64,000 nt of DNA from an uncultured delta proteobacterium (GCA_963737265.1 CAVTRY010000011.1:1184001-1248000); one strand, 5' to 3'; shown: positions 30,321 through 42,147, numbered from the stretch's first letter. Notes: generated by a model not told the origin, from the letters alone. A program made the numbers and translations.

Positions 30321-31790
30321 CTACTGTTCCACGCGGTAGTTGGGGGCTTCCTTGGTGATGATGACGTCGTGGACGTGCGATTCGCGCAGGCCGGGCGTGG
30401 TGATCTTGATGAAGCGCGTTTTGGTGCGCATTTCGTCCAGGTTCTTGCATCCGCAATAGCCCATACCGGAACGCAGGCCACCGATGAGCTGGTAGATCGA
30501 CTGCGACAGGCTGCCACGGTAGGGAACGCGGCCCTCGATGCCCTCGGGCACCAGTTTGGCTTCGGTCGTGACTTCGGACTGAAAGTAGCGATCCTTGCTG
30601 CCCGCGCGCATGGCGCCGACCGATCCCATGCCGCGGTAGAGTTTGTAGCTGCGGCCTTGATAAAGGATGATCTCGCCCGGCGCCTCGTCGGTACCGGCGA
30701 AGAGGCTGCCGATCATCACCGTGTGGGCGCCGGCGGCGATGGCCTTGACCATGTCGCCGGAATACTTGATGCCGCCGTCGGAAACGATGCGCACGTCGGT
30801 CTTGGCCAGGGCGCGCGCGCAATCCGAAACCGCGGTCACCTGGGGCACGCCGATGCCGGCGACCACGCGCGTGGTGCAGATCGATCCCGGTCCCATGCCG
30901 ACCTTGATGGCGTCCGCGCCTGCCTTGGCCAACGCCAGCGCGCCCTCGGCAGTCGCGACGTTGCCGGCGATGATCTGCGCCTTGGGAAAGGTCTTGCGAA
31001 TATCGGCGACGGCTTCCTGAACGGCTTTCGCGTGACCGTGGGCTGTGTCGACACAGATGACGTCGCATCCCGCGTGCAGCAAACCCGACACGCGCAGCTG
31101 GAGATCCGCCCCCGTGCCGACCGCGGCGCCCACGCGCAACCGCCCCAAATCGTCCTTGGCGGCGTGCGGGTGCTGCTGCGCTTTCTCGATATCCTTGATG
31201 GTGATGAGCCCGTGCAGCTTGCCGCTGCTGTCGACGACGAGGAGCTTCTCGATGCGGTTCTTGTGCAAAAGCTCCTTCGATCCCTCGAGGCTCATGCCCT
31301 CCGGCGCAGTGATGAGGTTCGTCGTCATCACGTCGCGCACCGGCTGATCGAGGTTGCGTTCGAAACGGACGTCGCGGTTGGTGAGAATGCCCACCGGTTT
31401 GCCGTCGCGAGCTACGACGGGCAGGCCCGAGATGTTGTGCCGCCGCATCAGCTCGAGTGCCGTGAAAAGCTTCTGATCGGGATCGATGGTGACGGGATCG
31501 ATGACCACGCCCGTCTCGGCCTTCTTCACCTTGGTGACTTCAAGAACCTGCTCGTCGACCGTCATGTTCTTGTGGATGACGCCAAGCCCGCCCTCGCGCG
31601 CCATGCAAATGGCCGTGGGAGCTTCGGTCACGGTATCCATCGCCGACGAAAGAATCGGCATGGCCAGGGTGATGGTCGCGGTCAGGTGCGAACGAACATC
31701 GACGTCCTTCGGCAGAACCTCGCTTTCCGCAGGCACAAGCAGGACATCGTCGAACGTGAGAGCTTCGCGCAAAGGACCGTCAGGCAGCAT
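30321..31790 (-). CDS. guaB: IMP dehydrogenase
   Basis: [13 protein letters not shown] pair, GPGSICTTR and YRGMGS. Confidence 0.98.
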   Translation of the reverse strand: MLPDGPLREALTFDDVLLVPAESEVLPKDVDVRSHLTATITLAMPILSSAMDTVTEAPTAICMAREGGLGVIHKNMTVDEQVLEVTKVKKAETGVVIDPVTIDPDQKLFTALELMRRHNISGLPVVARDGKPVGILTNRDVRFERNLDQPVRDVMTTNLITAPEGMSLEGSKELLHKNRIEKLLVVDSSGKLHGLITIKDIEKAQQHPHAAKDDLGRLRVGAAVGTGADLQLRVSGLLHAGCDVICVDTAHGHAKAVQEAVADIRKTFPKAQIIAGNVATAEGALALAKAGADAIKVGMGPGSICTTRVVAGIGVPQVTAVSDCARALAKTDVRIVSDGGIKYSGDMVKAIAAGAHTVMIGSLFAGTDEAPGEIILYQGRSYKLYRGMGSVGAMRAGSKDRYFQSEVTTEAKLVPEGIEGRVPYRGSLSQSIYQLIGGLRSGMGYCGCKNLDEMRTKTRFIKITTPGLRESHVHDVIITKEAPNYRVEQ

Positions 31791-31871
31791 CTCGGGAGAC
31801 TATACATTTGCCGTGCACCCTTCAAGAGATTCGCGCACGAATCCCGTGGCAACGCGCGCAAGCGGGCTCGC

Positions 31872-32527
31872 TTAGCGCGGCTTCTTGGCCAATCGACGGA
31901 CCAACTCTTCGAGTCCAACCATCTGAATGTCCAAGGTACCGATGCGTTTCGCCATCGGCCTGTCAATATCGGTCGCGACCAGCAGGCTTTCTCCGTCGGG
32001 ATAGGCGCGTCGGAACGCCGCCAACCCTGCACCATCGCCGACGCGCAAGGCGGACCACTTGCACTCGATGGCGACGGGCGGCTGGCCTCTGCGAGCGAGC
32101 ACGAAGTCGACCTCGTGGCCACGAACGTCGCGCCAGTAGTTGACCTCATCCTCGGGAAAGTGGCTGCGCAATTCGTTGAGAACGTAGTGCGCCCACAGCT
32201 TGCCCAGATCCTCTGCTCTCAGATCGTGCCAGCCGCGGTAGTAAGACACGAAGCCGGTGTCGAATGCATACACTTTGGGCGCGGCGACTATTTCCGTGCG
32301 CCTGCGTGACGAGAATGGCCGCGCGACGTAAGCCACGCCGGTGGCCTCAAGAACCGCGAGATAGTTTGCGATGGTCGTGCGGCTGACCTCGCATGGACCG
32401 GCGTAGCTCGTCGCTTCGAACATGCCACCGCTGTTGACCAACACCAACTCCATCCTGAAAGCCAAATCACCGAGCGTCGCCGCCAAGCCTGTTCGATCTG
32501 GTTGAGCCAGAACAAGCGCTGAATCAT
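31872..32527 (-). pseudogene. AAA+ ATPase (DUF4143-type), ATPase domain deleted
   Basis: N-terminus MIQRLFWLNQIEQAWRRRSVIWLSG is joined out of frame (~32453) to PKVYAFDTG...YWRDVRGHEVDFV...AIECK. Walker A/B motifs are absent. Confidence 0.8.
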
Positions 32528-32608
32528 ATGCAAGTAGGATTGCATATACTGACAGCAAACGCCACTAGGGTTGCGTTTGCTGCGGCTGCCAGATGCGAAT
32601 CGACGCTA

Positions 32609-32637
32609 TTGACAACCGAATACATGTTCGGTAGTTT
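32609..32637 (+). promoter_or_regulatory. Sigma70 promoter with TetR-type operator
   Basis: TTGACA-17-TAGTTT; palindrome ACCGAA-tacatg-TTCGGT fills the spacer. Confidence 0.7.
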
Positions 32638-32704
32638 GAATAGGTATTCGCTTTCCGACAGTAGCGGTTCGACTAGCGACGAAGGGATTGAAAGGAAAGA
32701 AAGA

Positions 32705-33343
32705 GTGAAAGCTGGACAACGCAAAGAACGGCAGCTCGCGCATGCGCGCACGGACATCTTGGATGCCGCGGTCAAGGCGTTCGCGCGCACCGGCTTGCAC
32801 GGTACCACGATGCAGGACATCGCGCGCGAAGCCGGCTACACCGCGGCGTCGCTGTACACCTACTTCAAGAGCAAGCAGGACATCGTCGATGCCATGGTCA
32901 CCCAGCTGACCGATGAATACATCAAGGTATTCGACGAACCCGTGCCGAGCGGGCTTACTTTTCGGCAAAACTTCGAGTTGGTTCTGCACCGTCACCTGGA
33001 GCTTATCGACAAGAGTCACAACGTCTTTGTCGGCTTCCTGAGCGACCACACCAACCAGAGCATGTGCGCCAGCGACGACACCGGCCGCGCCTTTCACGAC
33101 AACTTCGAACGAAGGATCAAGCGGCTGGCGGAGTGGCTGAAGGAAAACGCCAAAGCGGACGATATTGGCGGGCACGATCCGGAAGTCGTCGCACGCATGC
33201 TCTTCGGCATGGCGTTCGGCCTTTTCCACCGCTGGGGCGCCGAGGACAAGCAAGAACCCTTCGTGAACTACGCGCCCCTCATCACCGAGTTTTTCTTCCA
33301 CGGCGTCAGTGGCAAGCCCAAGACCGGAGCACGCAAGAAATGA
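32705..33343 (+). CDS. TetR/AcrR-family regulator
   Basis: ILDAAVKAFARTGLHGTTMQDIAREAGYTAASLYTYFKSK. Confidence 0.92.
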   Translation: MKAGQRKERQLAHARTDILDAAVKAFARTGLHGTTMQDIAREAGYTAASLYTYFKSKQDIVDAMVTQLTDEYIKVFDEPVPSGLTFRQNFELVLHRHLELIDKSHNVFVGFLSDHTNQSMCASDDTGRAFHDNFERRIKRLAEWLKENAKADDIGGHDPEVVARMLFGMAFGLFHRWGAEDKQEPFVNYAPLITEFFFHGVSGKPKTGARKK

Positions 33344-34773
33344 TCGCAAGCAAGACTAGATTGGCTCTCACCTGCATCGCAATCCTGGCCCCGCTGGCAT
33401 CTACGGTCAGGGCCGAAACGCTGACCCTCGATCAGTGCGTGGCCATCGCGCTGAAGGAAAGTCCGGACACGGTCTCCGCCAACTATGAGGTAGAGGGTGC
33501 CATCGCGAAGAAGAATGGCGCATTTGGCGCTTATGGTCCGAGGTTACATTTGGATGCAGGCATCCAGCGGTGGGACAAGGAGTTTGCAGCGCCGCTTTTT
33601 GGGATGCTCCCGCAGTACTGCACCCAATGCGTGTGGGATCCTGTATTGGATTCGACCGGAAATCCGGTGCAGACCAAGAATCCAGACGGAACCTACTCAA
33701 ATTTGCTCAAGATCCAGAACGACTCCCTCGTATTTCGTCCCCAAGTCACCTGGTCTGTTGGTGTGACACTCGCCCAACCCATCGCTTCTTTGTGGACCGT
33801 GCGTGAGGCGAACCAGCTTGCGAAGCTGGGTATCGATATCGCGGAGATCAAGCGCAGGTCAGCCCAGCGTGACGTCGCCTTCCAGGTTACCGAGGCGTAC
33901 TACCGGCTGCTTCAAGCAAAGCGGCTGGCCGACGTAGCGGAGAAGTCAGTGGAGCAAGTCGCCACACAAGTCAAGCGAGCCCGCACCTTCTTTGAGCGTG
34001 GCGTCGTCGCCCGCAACGACGTTCTTCGCGCCGATCTCGGCTTAGCAGCAGCCCAGCAACGCCTGATTCAGGCAAAGGGCGGCGTAACTCTGGCCCGCGG
34101 CCGGTTGGCCACGCTCATGGGTCGCTCGCCAGACAGCGAGATCGACACCACGGATCTCTCCCACGAGCCGACCGTCGAAACGCCCGTCGCCCCGGCGTTG
34201 GCCGAACAGCAGGCGGTGGATACCCGCTTCGAGCTCAAGGAAATCGCGGCCCACATCGACCAAGCGAATACCGGTGTGCGCATGGCCAAGTCCAAAATGA
34301 TGCCGCAGGTAAATGCGGTCGCAAATTACACCCGTGCCACAAGCTCGCTACTGGCGCTACCAGAATCCTGGTTCATCGGCGCCACTGCCTCGTGGGACAT
34401 CTGGGAGGGCGGCAGCACCTACTACGGCATCGACGAGTCCAAGGCCCAGCTCGCGCAGGCGCTCCAGGCGCGCCGCAAGGCCGAGGACGCGATTCGCCTC
34501 GACGCGCGCAGCGCGCACGTGGGGGTCACCACGGCGGCGGAATCGCTGGACGTGGCTAAACACGCAGTGGAACAGGCGGAGGAAAACTTCCGCATCGAAC
34601 AGAAACGCTACGAGAGCACGAGCAACACGTCGTTCGACGTGCTCGACGCCGAAACCCAGCTCACCACCGCGCGCGGTCAGCACCAGGCCGCCTTGTACGA
34701 CTACCTCATCGCCCAGTCCAACCTGTCGCGCGCCATGGGCGACAGCCAGCCGGTTCGCAAAGCCACGCCCTAG
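33340..34773 (+). CDS. TolC-family outer membrane efflux protein
   Basis: Signal peptide, LTLDQCVAIAL and two OEP helical repeats. Confidence 0.9.
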   Translation: MIASKTRLALTCIAILAPLASTVRAETLTLDQCVAIALKESPDTVSANYEVEGAIAKKNGAFGAYGPRLHLDAGIQRWDKEFAAPLFGMLPQYCTQCVWDPVLDSTGNPVQTKNPDGTYSNLLKIQNDSLVFRPQVTWSVGVTLAQPIASLWTVREANQLAKLGIDIAEIKRRSAQRDVAFQVTEAYYRLLQAKRLADVAEKSVEQVATQVKRARTFFERGVVARNDVLRADLGLAAAQQRLIQAKGGVTLARGRLATLMGRSPDSEIDTTDLSHEPTVETPVAPALAEQQAVDTRFELKEIAAHIDQANTGVRMAKSKMMPQVNAVANYTRATSSLLALPESWFIGATASWDIWEGGSTYYGIDESKAQLAQALQARRKAEDAIRLDARSAHVGVTTAAESLDVAKHAVEQAEENFRIEQKRYESTSNTSFDVLDAETQLTTARGQHQAALYDYLIAQSNLSRAMGDSQPVRKATP

Positions 34774-34794
34774 AACTTAGAGAGGACCATCATC

Positions 34795-35775
34795 ATGTTG
34801 TGCAAGAATCTAAACCTCGCCGCCATCCTCCTGCTCGCCGCCATGGCACCCGCGTGCCGAGAGGGCGGCGTGGCTCGCCTGCCCGAAAGCAAGGCCGCGA
34901 CAGTGGAAACACCCAAGCCCGCCACGCCTGCGCCCGCCGCCCCGGCCGCAGCCGCGCAGGCCGGCGAGCAGCCCGCGACCCCGACCGGCGCGTCCTTTTT
35001 CTCGGGCACGACCGAAGCCCATCGCCGCAGCACCCTCACGCCCAAGGTGTCGAGCTCGGTCTTGCGCGTGCACGTGCGCGACGGAGACATCGTGAAGGAA
35101 GGCCAGCCGCTCGTGACCCTCGATACGCAGGATTTCAACCTGCGTCTGCAACAGGCCGAGGCCGGGTCGCAGGCCGCCAAGGTACAGCTCGATTCGGCCA
35201 AGCTCGATTGGAATCGCACCAAGTCCCTGCTCGATGACAAGGCCGTGCCGCAGAGCCAGTTCGACATGGTCGATGCGCGCTACAAGGGTGCGCAGGCCGG
35301 CGTGCTGCAGGCCGAAACCGCCGTGGCCATGGGCCGCAAAGCTCTACGCGACGCCACCGTGCACGCACCCTTCAGCGGCATCATCGTCAAGCGCATGGTC
35401 AATGAAGGCGAGTACGCCACGGTCATGCCCGCCACGCCCTTGGTCATCATCGAGGAAGTCAATCCCATCGATTTACGTGTGCAGATTCCGTCTACGGAAA
35501 TGGGCAAGGTCAAGGAAGGCGACATGCTGCACGTGCGTTTCCCGGCCACCCAGCAGGTCGTGGACGTGCGTCTGACCCGGGTGGTTGCCGCGCTCGACCC
35601 GCACACGCGCACCTTCTCGGCGATTGCCGAGATCCCCAACACTGATCGCAGCCTGCGCACCGGCCTGTATGCCGAGGTCACGGTGAGTGGCAAGTCGACG
35701 ACCCAGGAAGGCACCAGCAGCACGCCCAAACGGCTCGCCGCCCGCACCAAGCCCGCCAAAGACAAGAAAGACTAG
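34795..35775 (+). CDS. RND efflux periplasmic adaptor (MFP) lipoprotein
   Basis: Lipobox APAC, VRDGDIVKEGQPLVTLD, APFSGII and DPHTRTF. Confidence 0.92.
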   Translation: MLCKNLNLAAILLLAAMAPACREGGVARLPESKAATVETPKPATPAPAAPAAAAQAGEQPATPTGASFFSGTTEAHRRSTLTPKVSSSVLRVHVRDGDIVKEGQPLVTLDTQDFNLRLQQAEAGSQAAKVQLDSAKLDWNRTKSLLDDKAVPQSQFDMVDARYKGAQAGVLQAETAVAMGRKALRDATVHAPFSGIIVKRMVNEGEYATVMPATPLVIIEEVNPIDLRVQIPSTEMGKVKEGDMLHVRFPATQQVVDVRLTRVVAALDPHTRTFSAIAEIPNTDRSLRTGLYAEVTVSGKSTTQEGTSSTPKRLAARTKPAKDKKD

Positions 35776-35777
35776 CC

Positions 35778-38700
35778 ATGAAACTCGCCGATATTTCCAT
35801 CCGCCGCCCGGTGTTCGCGACAGTGATGGTGAGCGTGCTGGCCGTGTTCGGTGTGTGGGGCTACCAGCAGCTTTCCATCGACATGTACCCCGAGGTCGAA
35901 TTCCCGATCGTGACGGTGACGGCTATCTACCCGGGCGCCGATCCCGAGACTATCGAGTCGCGTGTGATCGACAAGCTGGAGGAAGCCATCAGCACGGTCA
36001 ACGGCATCAAGGTCATGCGTTCGACGTCGATGGAAAACGTCGGCCTGGTGTTCGTGCAATTCGAGCTCGAGCGCAAGGCCGATCAAGCGGTGCAAGACGT
36101 GCGCGATAAAGTCTCCGCGGCGCTGAAGAATCTGCCGACCGATCTCGAACCGCCGCTGGTCGAGCGCGTGGACATCGGCGCCGCGCCCATCATCGCCATC
36201 TCGCTGGCCGCCGACATGCCCAGGCGCGATCTGACCAAGATCGCGAAGGACGTGATCAAGCAGCGTCTGCAGGCCATCAACGGCGTGGGCGGACTCGACA
36301 TCGTGGGCGGCCAAGAGCGCGAGTTCCACGTCTGGATGGATCCGCACCGACTGGATTCGTTCGGGCTAACCCCGGGCGATGTGGGCCAAGCGTTGGCGGC
36401 GCAGAACGTGGAAATCCCGGGCGGGCGCTTCGACGCCGACGCCAAGGAGCTGGCGGTCAAGACGCGCGGACAGATCCACTCCGCCGCCGAGCTCGGAGAC
36501 ATCATCATTCCTGCGGCCGTGGGATCGGTCGTGCGCATCCGCGACGTGGCCCGTGTCGAGGACGGCGCCGAGGAGCAGCGTTCGTACGCGACCTTGAATG
36601 GCAAGGCGTCGGTTACGTTGCTTGTGCGCAAACAGTCCGGCTCTAACACCGTCACCGTCGCCCACAAGGTCCGCGATGCGCTCGAACGTCCTCAAGAAGC
36701 AGGTTCCCGCGGTGACCATGACGGTGGCCTCGGACAGCTCGGTGTTCACTGAACGATCCATCGACGACGTGAAGTTCGACCTGATCTTCGGCGCGGTGCT
36801 CGCCATCCTGATCATTTTGTTCTTCCTGCACGATTGGCGCGCCACGCTCATCAGCGCGACCGCCCTGCCGACGTCGGTCATCGCGACCTTCGCCTTCATC
36901 TATTTCATGGGCTACACGCTCAACATGATGACCATGCTGGCGCTGTCGCTCTCCATCGGCATCTTGATCGACGACGCCATCGTGGTCATCGAAAACATCC
37001 ACCGCCACCTCGAACAAGGCAAATCGCCGATGAAGGCCGCGTCCGAAGCAACCGCTGAAATTGGCTTGGCGGTCATGGCGACCACGGCGTCGATCTTGGC
37101 CGTGTTCGTCCCGGTGGCGACCATGAAGGGCATGATTGGTCGCTTCTTCGTGCAGTTCGGCCTGACGGTTGCGTTCGCCGTTTCCGTCTCGCTGTTCGTG
37201 GCCTTCACGCTGACACCCATGCTGTCCTCGCGCTTTCTGCGTGCCCACACCGGCAAGGGGCCCATCGCCCGCGCCATCGAGCGCTTCCTCGACGGCGTCG
37301 AGGGCATCTACAGCCGCCTGCTCAAGGGCGCCCTCGCCCACCGCTGGTTGACCATGGGCGCGGCGTTCATCGTCTTCCTGTCGAGCCTTTACCTTGCCGC
37401 CATCGTGCCCAAGGAATTCATGCCTATCGAAGATCGCAGCCAATATGCAATCAAGCTCGAGCTGCCCACTGGCTCGGCGTTGGCAGTGACCGAGCAGACC
37501 TCCGAGTCCATCGCGACCCATCTGCGCGCCATGCCGGGCGTGAAAGACACGCTCATCACCATCGGCGGCTCATCGGCCCAGTCCGAGGTCAACCGCGCCG
37601 AAATTCAGGTCAATCTCGTGGGAAAGAAGGACCGCGGATTCAGCCAGGCCAAGGCCATCGCCTTCACGCGCGACCAGTTGCCGTCATGGCTCGGCCGCAG
37701 CGACGTGAACTTTGCCGTCGAGCCCTACCAAATGGTGGGCGGCGGCGGCAGCGCCTTCCGCAACTCCACCATCCAGTTCAATGTGCGCGGGCGGGACTAC
37801 GCCGACATCAGCAAAGCCACCGACGAGATCATCGCCTGGATGAAAACCCAGAAGGGCTACGTCGACATCGACACCTCCTACCGCGGAGGCAAGCCGGAGC
37901 TGGCCATCAACATCGACCGCGACCGCGCCGCCGACTTGGGCGTGCCCGTCGCCTCCATCGCCATGACGGTGCGCAACCTCATGGCCAACGATAAGATTTC
38001 GGAGCTAACCGTGGACGGCGACCGCTACGATGTGCGCATGAAGCTGGACGAGAGCTTCCGCAAGCGCGCCGAGGATCTCGCGGCGGTCAAGATTCGCTCC
38101 GTGACCGGCCAATTGGTCAACATGTCCAACGTCGCCAACATCGCCCAAGGCACGGGTCCGGCCAAGATCGAGCGACAGAACCGCCAGCGCCAAATCACCG
38201 TCTATGCCAACTTGAACGGCTTGGCGCTCGGCGATGCCTCGAAACAAATCGACGAGGAAGCCAGGAGGGCCGTGCCTTCCACCATGGTGAGCGACTGGAC
38301 CGGTATGGCGGATATCATGCGCGAATCCATGGGCTACCTCATCTCGGCCCTACTTCTCGCCATCATCATCGTGTACCTCGTGCTGGCGGCGCAATTCGAG
38401 AGTTTCCTGCACCCCTTCACCATCATGTTGTCGTTGCCACTGTCGATGGTCGGCGCATTTGGTGCCATCGCGCTTTCTCACAGCATGATCAACATCATGA
38501 CCATGATCGGCATCATCCTGCTCATGGGCCTCGTGACGAAGAACGCGATCCTTCTTGTCGATTACACGAACACCCTGCGCCGTCAGGGACTAAGCCGCTA
38601 CGAAGCCCTGCTCAAGGCGGGCCGGGTGCGATTACGCCCCATTCTGATGACCACTGGCGCGATGATTTTCGGCATGTCCCCGGTTGCCCTCGGCGTCTCC

Positions 38701-38898
38701 GAGGGTGGCGAACTGCGCGCCCCCATGGCCATCGCCGTCATCGGCGGCCTTTTGACCTCGACGTTGCTAACCCTGGTGGTAGTTCCCGTGGCCTACACCA
38801 TCATCGATTCTCTCGCGGAACGGACCCTCGGTCGCGTCACCGTCCTGCGCCAAGGCGACGAGACGCCGCTTCAAGCGGCGGCCGGGCACGGGGCTTAA
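35778..38898 (+). CDS. RND efflux permease (AcrB family), one +1 frameshift near 36686
   Basis: [14 protein letters not shown]..., [22 protein letters not shown] and RLRPILMT. The two ORFs join at DALE/VLKKQ. Confidence 0.88.
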
Positions 38899-38908
38899 CG
38901 GCTCGTCG

Positions 38909-39760
38909 CTATCCGCGCACGCCCAATCGATTCATCAAACGGCTCGCCAATGCAGCCAGGCCACGTTTCCTGCTGGGCCCGGCGATAGGACCTACCATGC
39001 GGACCACGGCGACGGTCACGTTGTCGTAACTACCGATGCGATTGGTGGCTTCGACCAACGACCGACTGGCATCCTCCACATCGGGCTTCGAGCCAAGTGC
39101 CACGATTTCGGTTTTCGGCAGGATATTGTAAAGGCCATCGCTGCACACAATCAGCACGTCGTCTTGCTGTAATTGATGGACCAGGCGGTCGCGATTGACA
39201 ATAAGATCGCGTCCGAGACTGCGGGTGAGCGTGGACCTGTCGGGGTGGCTTTGCGCCCGCTCCTCGCTGATGAGTCCAAATCGAACCTTGTCCGCTACCA
39301 CGGTGTGATCGCGGGTTAACTGCTCGATTTGGCCATCGCGAATCAGATACAAGCGCGAGTCGCCCACGTGAACCGCGGTCAACTCCCCACGATCGATGGC
39401 CACTGCGGTCAGTGTGGTGGACATGCCTCGCAGAGGCGTCACGACCACCGAGCGATCGTAAACCTCGATGTTGGCCTGTTGAACCGCCCGATAGAGTCGT
39501 TGGCCCGCCGGGCGCTCGCGCGGTTCCTCTTGAAACGCGCGCAGCGTGACCTCGACCGCCATCTGACTCGCGACCTCGCCACCTTCGCCGCTCGAAACGC
39601 CATCCGCCACCACGACCAACCCGCAGGCATCGCTTTCGATCAGCACGCCACTTGAATCTTCGTTGTGGTCGCGCTCGGTGCCCTTGTCCGTCAACGTGGC
39701 GGCAACAAACGCGCAATCGACTGCGACGAGATCTCTCAAACTGGCGTTTCCGTGTGACAT
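38909..39760 (-). CDS. PP2C-family Ser/Thr phosphatase
   Basis: RDHNEDS, VVADGV, HVGDSRLY, CSDGL and DNVT. Confidence 0.93.
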   Translation of the reverse strand: MSHGNASLRDLVAVDCAFVAATLTDKGTERDHNEDSSGVLIESDACGLVVVADGVSSGEGGEVASQMAVEVTLRAFQEEPRERPAGQRLYRAVQQANIEVYDRSVVVTPLRGMSTTLTAVAIDRGELTAVHVGDSRLYLIRDGQIEQLTRDHTVVADKVRFGLISEERAQSHPDRSTLTRSLGRDLIVNRDRLVHQLQQDDVLIVCSDGLYNILPKTEIVALGSKPDVEDASRSLVEATNRIGSYDNVTVAVVRMVGPIAGPSRKRGLAALASRLMNRLGVRG

Positions 39761-39795
39761 CCTACCAACCTTCTGCGAAATTTGGTGCAATCAAC

Positions 39796-40800
39796 ATGAG
39801 CGAACCAGTCGTCGGCGACAAAATCGACCAATACGAGCTTCTCGACCTGCTCGCACGCAGCGGGATGGCTTCCATCTTCAAAGCCAAGGATACGTTGGCC
39901 GGTCAGATTGTTGCGCTGAAAATCCCCCACATTCAATTCGAAAGCGATGTGGTCTTCTTCGAGCGCTTCAAGCGCGAGGAGATCATTGGGCAAAAGCTCA
40001 ACCACCCTAACATTTGTAAGGTTTTGCACCCAAAAGAAAAGACCCGCATGTACATCGCCATGGAGTACGTCCAGGGGCGCTCGCTGCGGGCGATGCTGCA
40101 AGAAAAGACGCCCCTTCCCCTCGACCGAGCGTTGGCGATCGCGATTCAACTGTGCGAGGCGCTGGTCTATCTGCATGGCCAGGGTGTGGTCCACCGCGAC
40201 CTCAAACCCGAGAATATTCTGCTCACGCCGGATGGCAACGTGAAGCTGCTCGACTTCGGCATTGCCCTCGATGCCTCGGCCCGCCGCATGACCTGGTTTG
40301 GCCTGTCCAATACCATCGGAACGCCCGACTACATGGCACCGGAACAGGTGGGTGGCCGGCGCGGCGATGCGCGTACCGACGTCTACTCGGTGGGCGTCAT
40401 GCTGTACGAGATGCTGACCCTGCACTTGCCGCACGAGAGCCCGAATCCTCATGTGCTTATGCGCGCCAAGACCACCGACGAGCCCACCCCACCCACGATT
40501 CACGAGCCGGGAATCAGTCCCCAGATCGAGGCCATTCTGCTCAAGGCCTTGGAGCGCGTTCCGCGCGACCGCTACGCCGACGCCGAGGCATTCTTGGTCG
40601 ACCTGCGCAATCCGTCCGCCGTTCCCCTGCGCGACGCCGAAAGCGACCGCGCCCGCCGACGCCGTATCCGGATCCCATCGCGCGTAGCCGTTCCCGTGAT
40701 TATTGTCGCTCTGCTCGCGGGCCTGCTGGCATTGGTGAGCGCCAGCCACCGCAAACCTGGCCATGCGCCGCACGCCGCGGCACCAACCCAATCGAGGTAA
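39796..40800 (+). CDS. Hanks-type Ser/Thr protein kinase with C-terminal TM helix
   Basis: VALK, HRDLKPEN, DFG and GTPDYMAPEQ. Confidence 0.93.
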   Translation: MSEPVVGDKIDQYELLDLLARSGMASIFKAKDTLAGQIVALKIPHIQFESDVVFFERFKREEIIGQKLNHPNICKVLHPKEKTRMYIAMEYVQGRSLRAMLQEKTPLPLDRALAIAIQLCEALVYLHGQGVVHRDLKPENILLTPDGNVKLLDFGIALDASARRMTWFGLSNTIGTPDYMAPEQVGGRRGDARTDVYSVGVMLYEMLTLHLPHESPNPHVLMRAKTTDEPTPPTIHEPGISPQIEAILLKALERVPRDRYADAEAFLVDLRNPSAVPLRDAESDRARRRRIRIPSRVAVPVIIVALLAGLLALVSASHRKPGHAPHAAAPTQSR

Positions 40801-40806
40801 TTCTTC

Positions 40807-42147
40807 ATGTCGCCCCATTTTGAACAATGGCCCAGCTTGGCCTGGATTCTTCTTTGCGGGTTTCTGGTCATGTTTATGCAGGCCGGTTTCGCGCTCATCG
40901 AAACCGGATTCTGCCGCGCGAAAAACGCGGTCAATACCATCGCCATGAATCTGGTCATTTACCCGGTCGCCGTGCTGGGATTCTGGCTCGTAGGCTACGG
41001 TCTGATGATGGGCGGTATGCACGGCTGGCCAGCCTTGGGCAATGCCTCCGCCGACGCGCGCGAGATTTCGCTGCACCTCGGCCACCATGCCTTCGGTCTC
41101 TTGGGTTGGTCCAAGTTCGCATTGCTGAACATGACCGACGATCCAATCAATCTGGTCATGTTCATGTTTTCGGCGGTATTTCTCGACACGGCAGCGACCA
41201 TTCCCACCGGCGCCATGGCCGAACGCTGGAAATTTCTCTCCTTCATGCTCTATGGCCTGTTCATTTCGATGTGGCTTTATCCGCTTTATGGCAATTGGGT
41301 CTGGGGCGGCGGATGGCTTGCCACCCTCGGCGTGACCGCTGGCCTGGGTCACGGACATGTCGATTTCGCGGGTTCGTCGGTGGTCCACCTGACCGGCGGA
41401 GTGACCGCCTTGGCCGGGGCCATGGTCCTCGGCCCTCGCATGGGCAAATACCGCCACGACGGAACGACCGCGGCCATGCCGGGCCACAACCTCCCCATGG
41501 CGGTCCTGGGCACCTTCATCCTCGCGTTCGGCTGGTTCGGCTTCAATACCGGATCCAGCCTTTCCGCCACAGACCCGCGCATTGCCACGATCGCCGTCAA
41601 CACCATGCTGGCGTCCTGCGCCGGAGCCCTTTCGGCGCTGCTTTACGTATGGGGAACCGCACGGCGACCAGAGATCGACATGGCCTGCAATGGCCTGCTC
41701 GGCGGCCTCGTTGCAATTACGGCGTCCTGCGCCTTCGTCAGCCCGGCGTCGGCGGTGTTGATTGGGGCAGCGGCTGGCCTCTTCGTCGTTTGGTCCGTGA
41801 TGATCCTCGAACGCCGGTTCAAAATCGACGACCCGGTTGGGGCCATTTCCGTTCACGGAACTTGCGGCCTGTGGGGCGCGCTCGCTGTCGGCGTCTTCGC
41901 CGACGGCAGCTATGGCGTAGGCTGGAACGGCGTACCTGAGCCGGTTCGCGGTCTGCTCTTTGGCGACCCCTGGCAGCTTGTTGCCCAGTTGATCGGCGTC
42001 ACCGCCAATATTGCCTTCGTCTTCTCGCTGTCTTACGTTTTCTTCCGCCTCCTCGACCGCCTCATCGGCAATCGGGTCAGCGCCGAAGCCGAACAAGCCG
42101 GGCTCGACGTTTATGAAATGGGTTCGGGCGCCTATTCTGGCCACTGA
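40807..42147 (+). CDS. amt: Ammonium transporter (Amt family)
   Basis: FMQAGFALIE, DFAGSSVVH, GWFGFN and DDPVGAISVH (twin His). Confidence 0.95.
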   Translation: MSPHFEQWPSLAWILLCGFLVMFMQAGFALIETGFCRAKNAVNTIAMNLVIYPVAVLGFWLVGYGLMMGGMHGWPALGNASADAREISLHLGHHAFGLLGWSKFALLNMTDDPINLVMFMFSAVFLDTAATIPTGAMAERWKFLSFMLYGLFISMWLYPLYGNWVWGGGWLATLGVTAGLGHGHVDFAGSSVVHLTGGVTALAGAMVLGPRMGKYRHDGTTAAMPGHNLPMAVLGTFILAFGWFGFNTGSSLSATDPRIATIAVNTMLASCAGALSALLYVWGTARRPEIDMACNGLLGGLVAITASCAFVSPASAVLIGAAAGLFVVWSVMILERRFKIDDPVGAISVHGTCGLWGALAVGVFADGSYGVGWNGVPEPVRGLLFGDPWQLVAQLIGVTANIAFVFSLSYVFFRLLDRLIGNRVSAEAEQAGLDVYEMGSGAYSGH

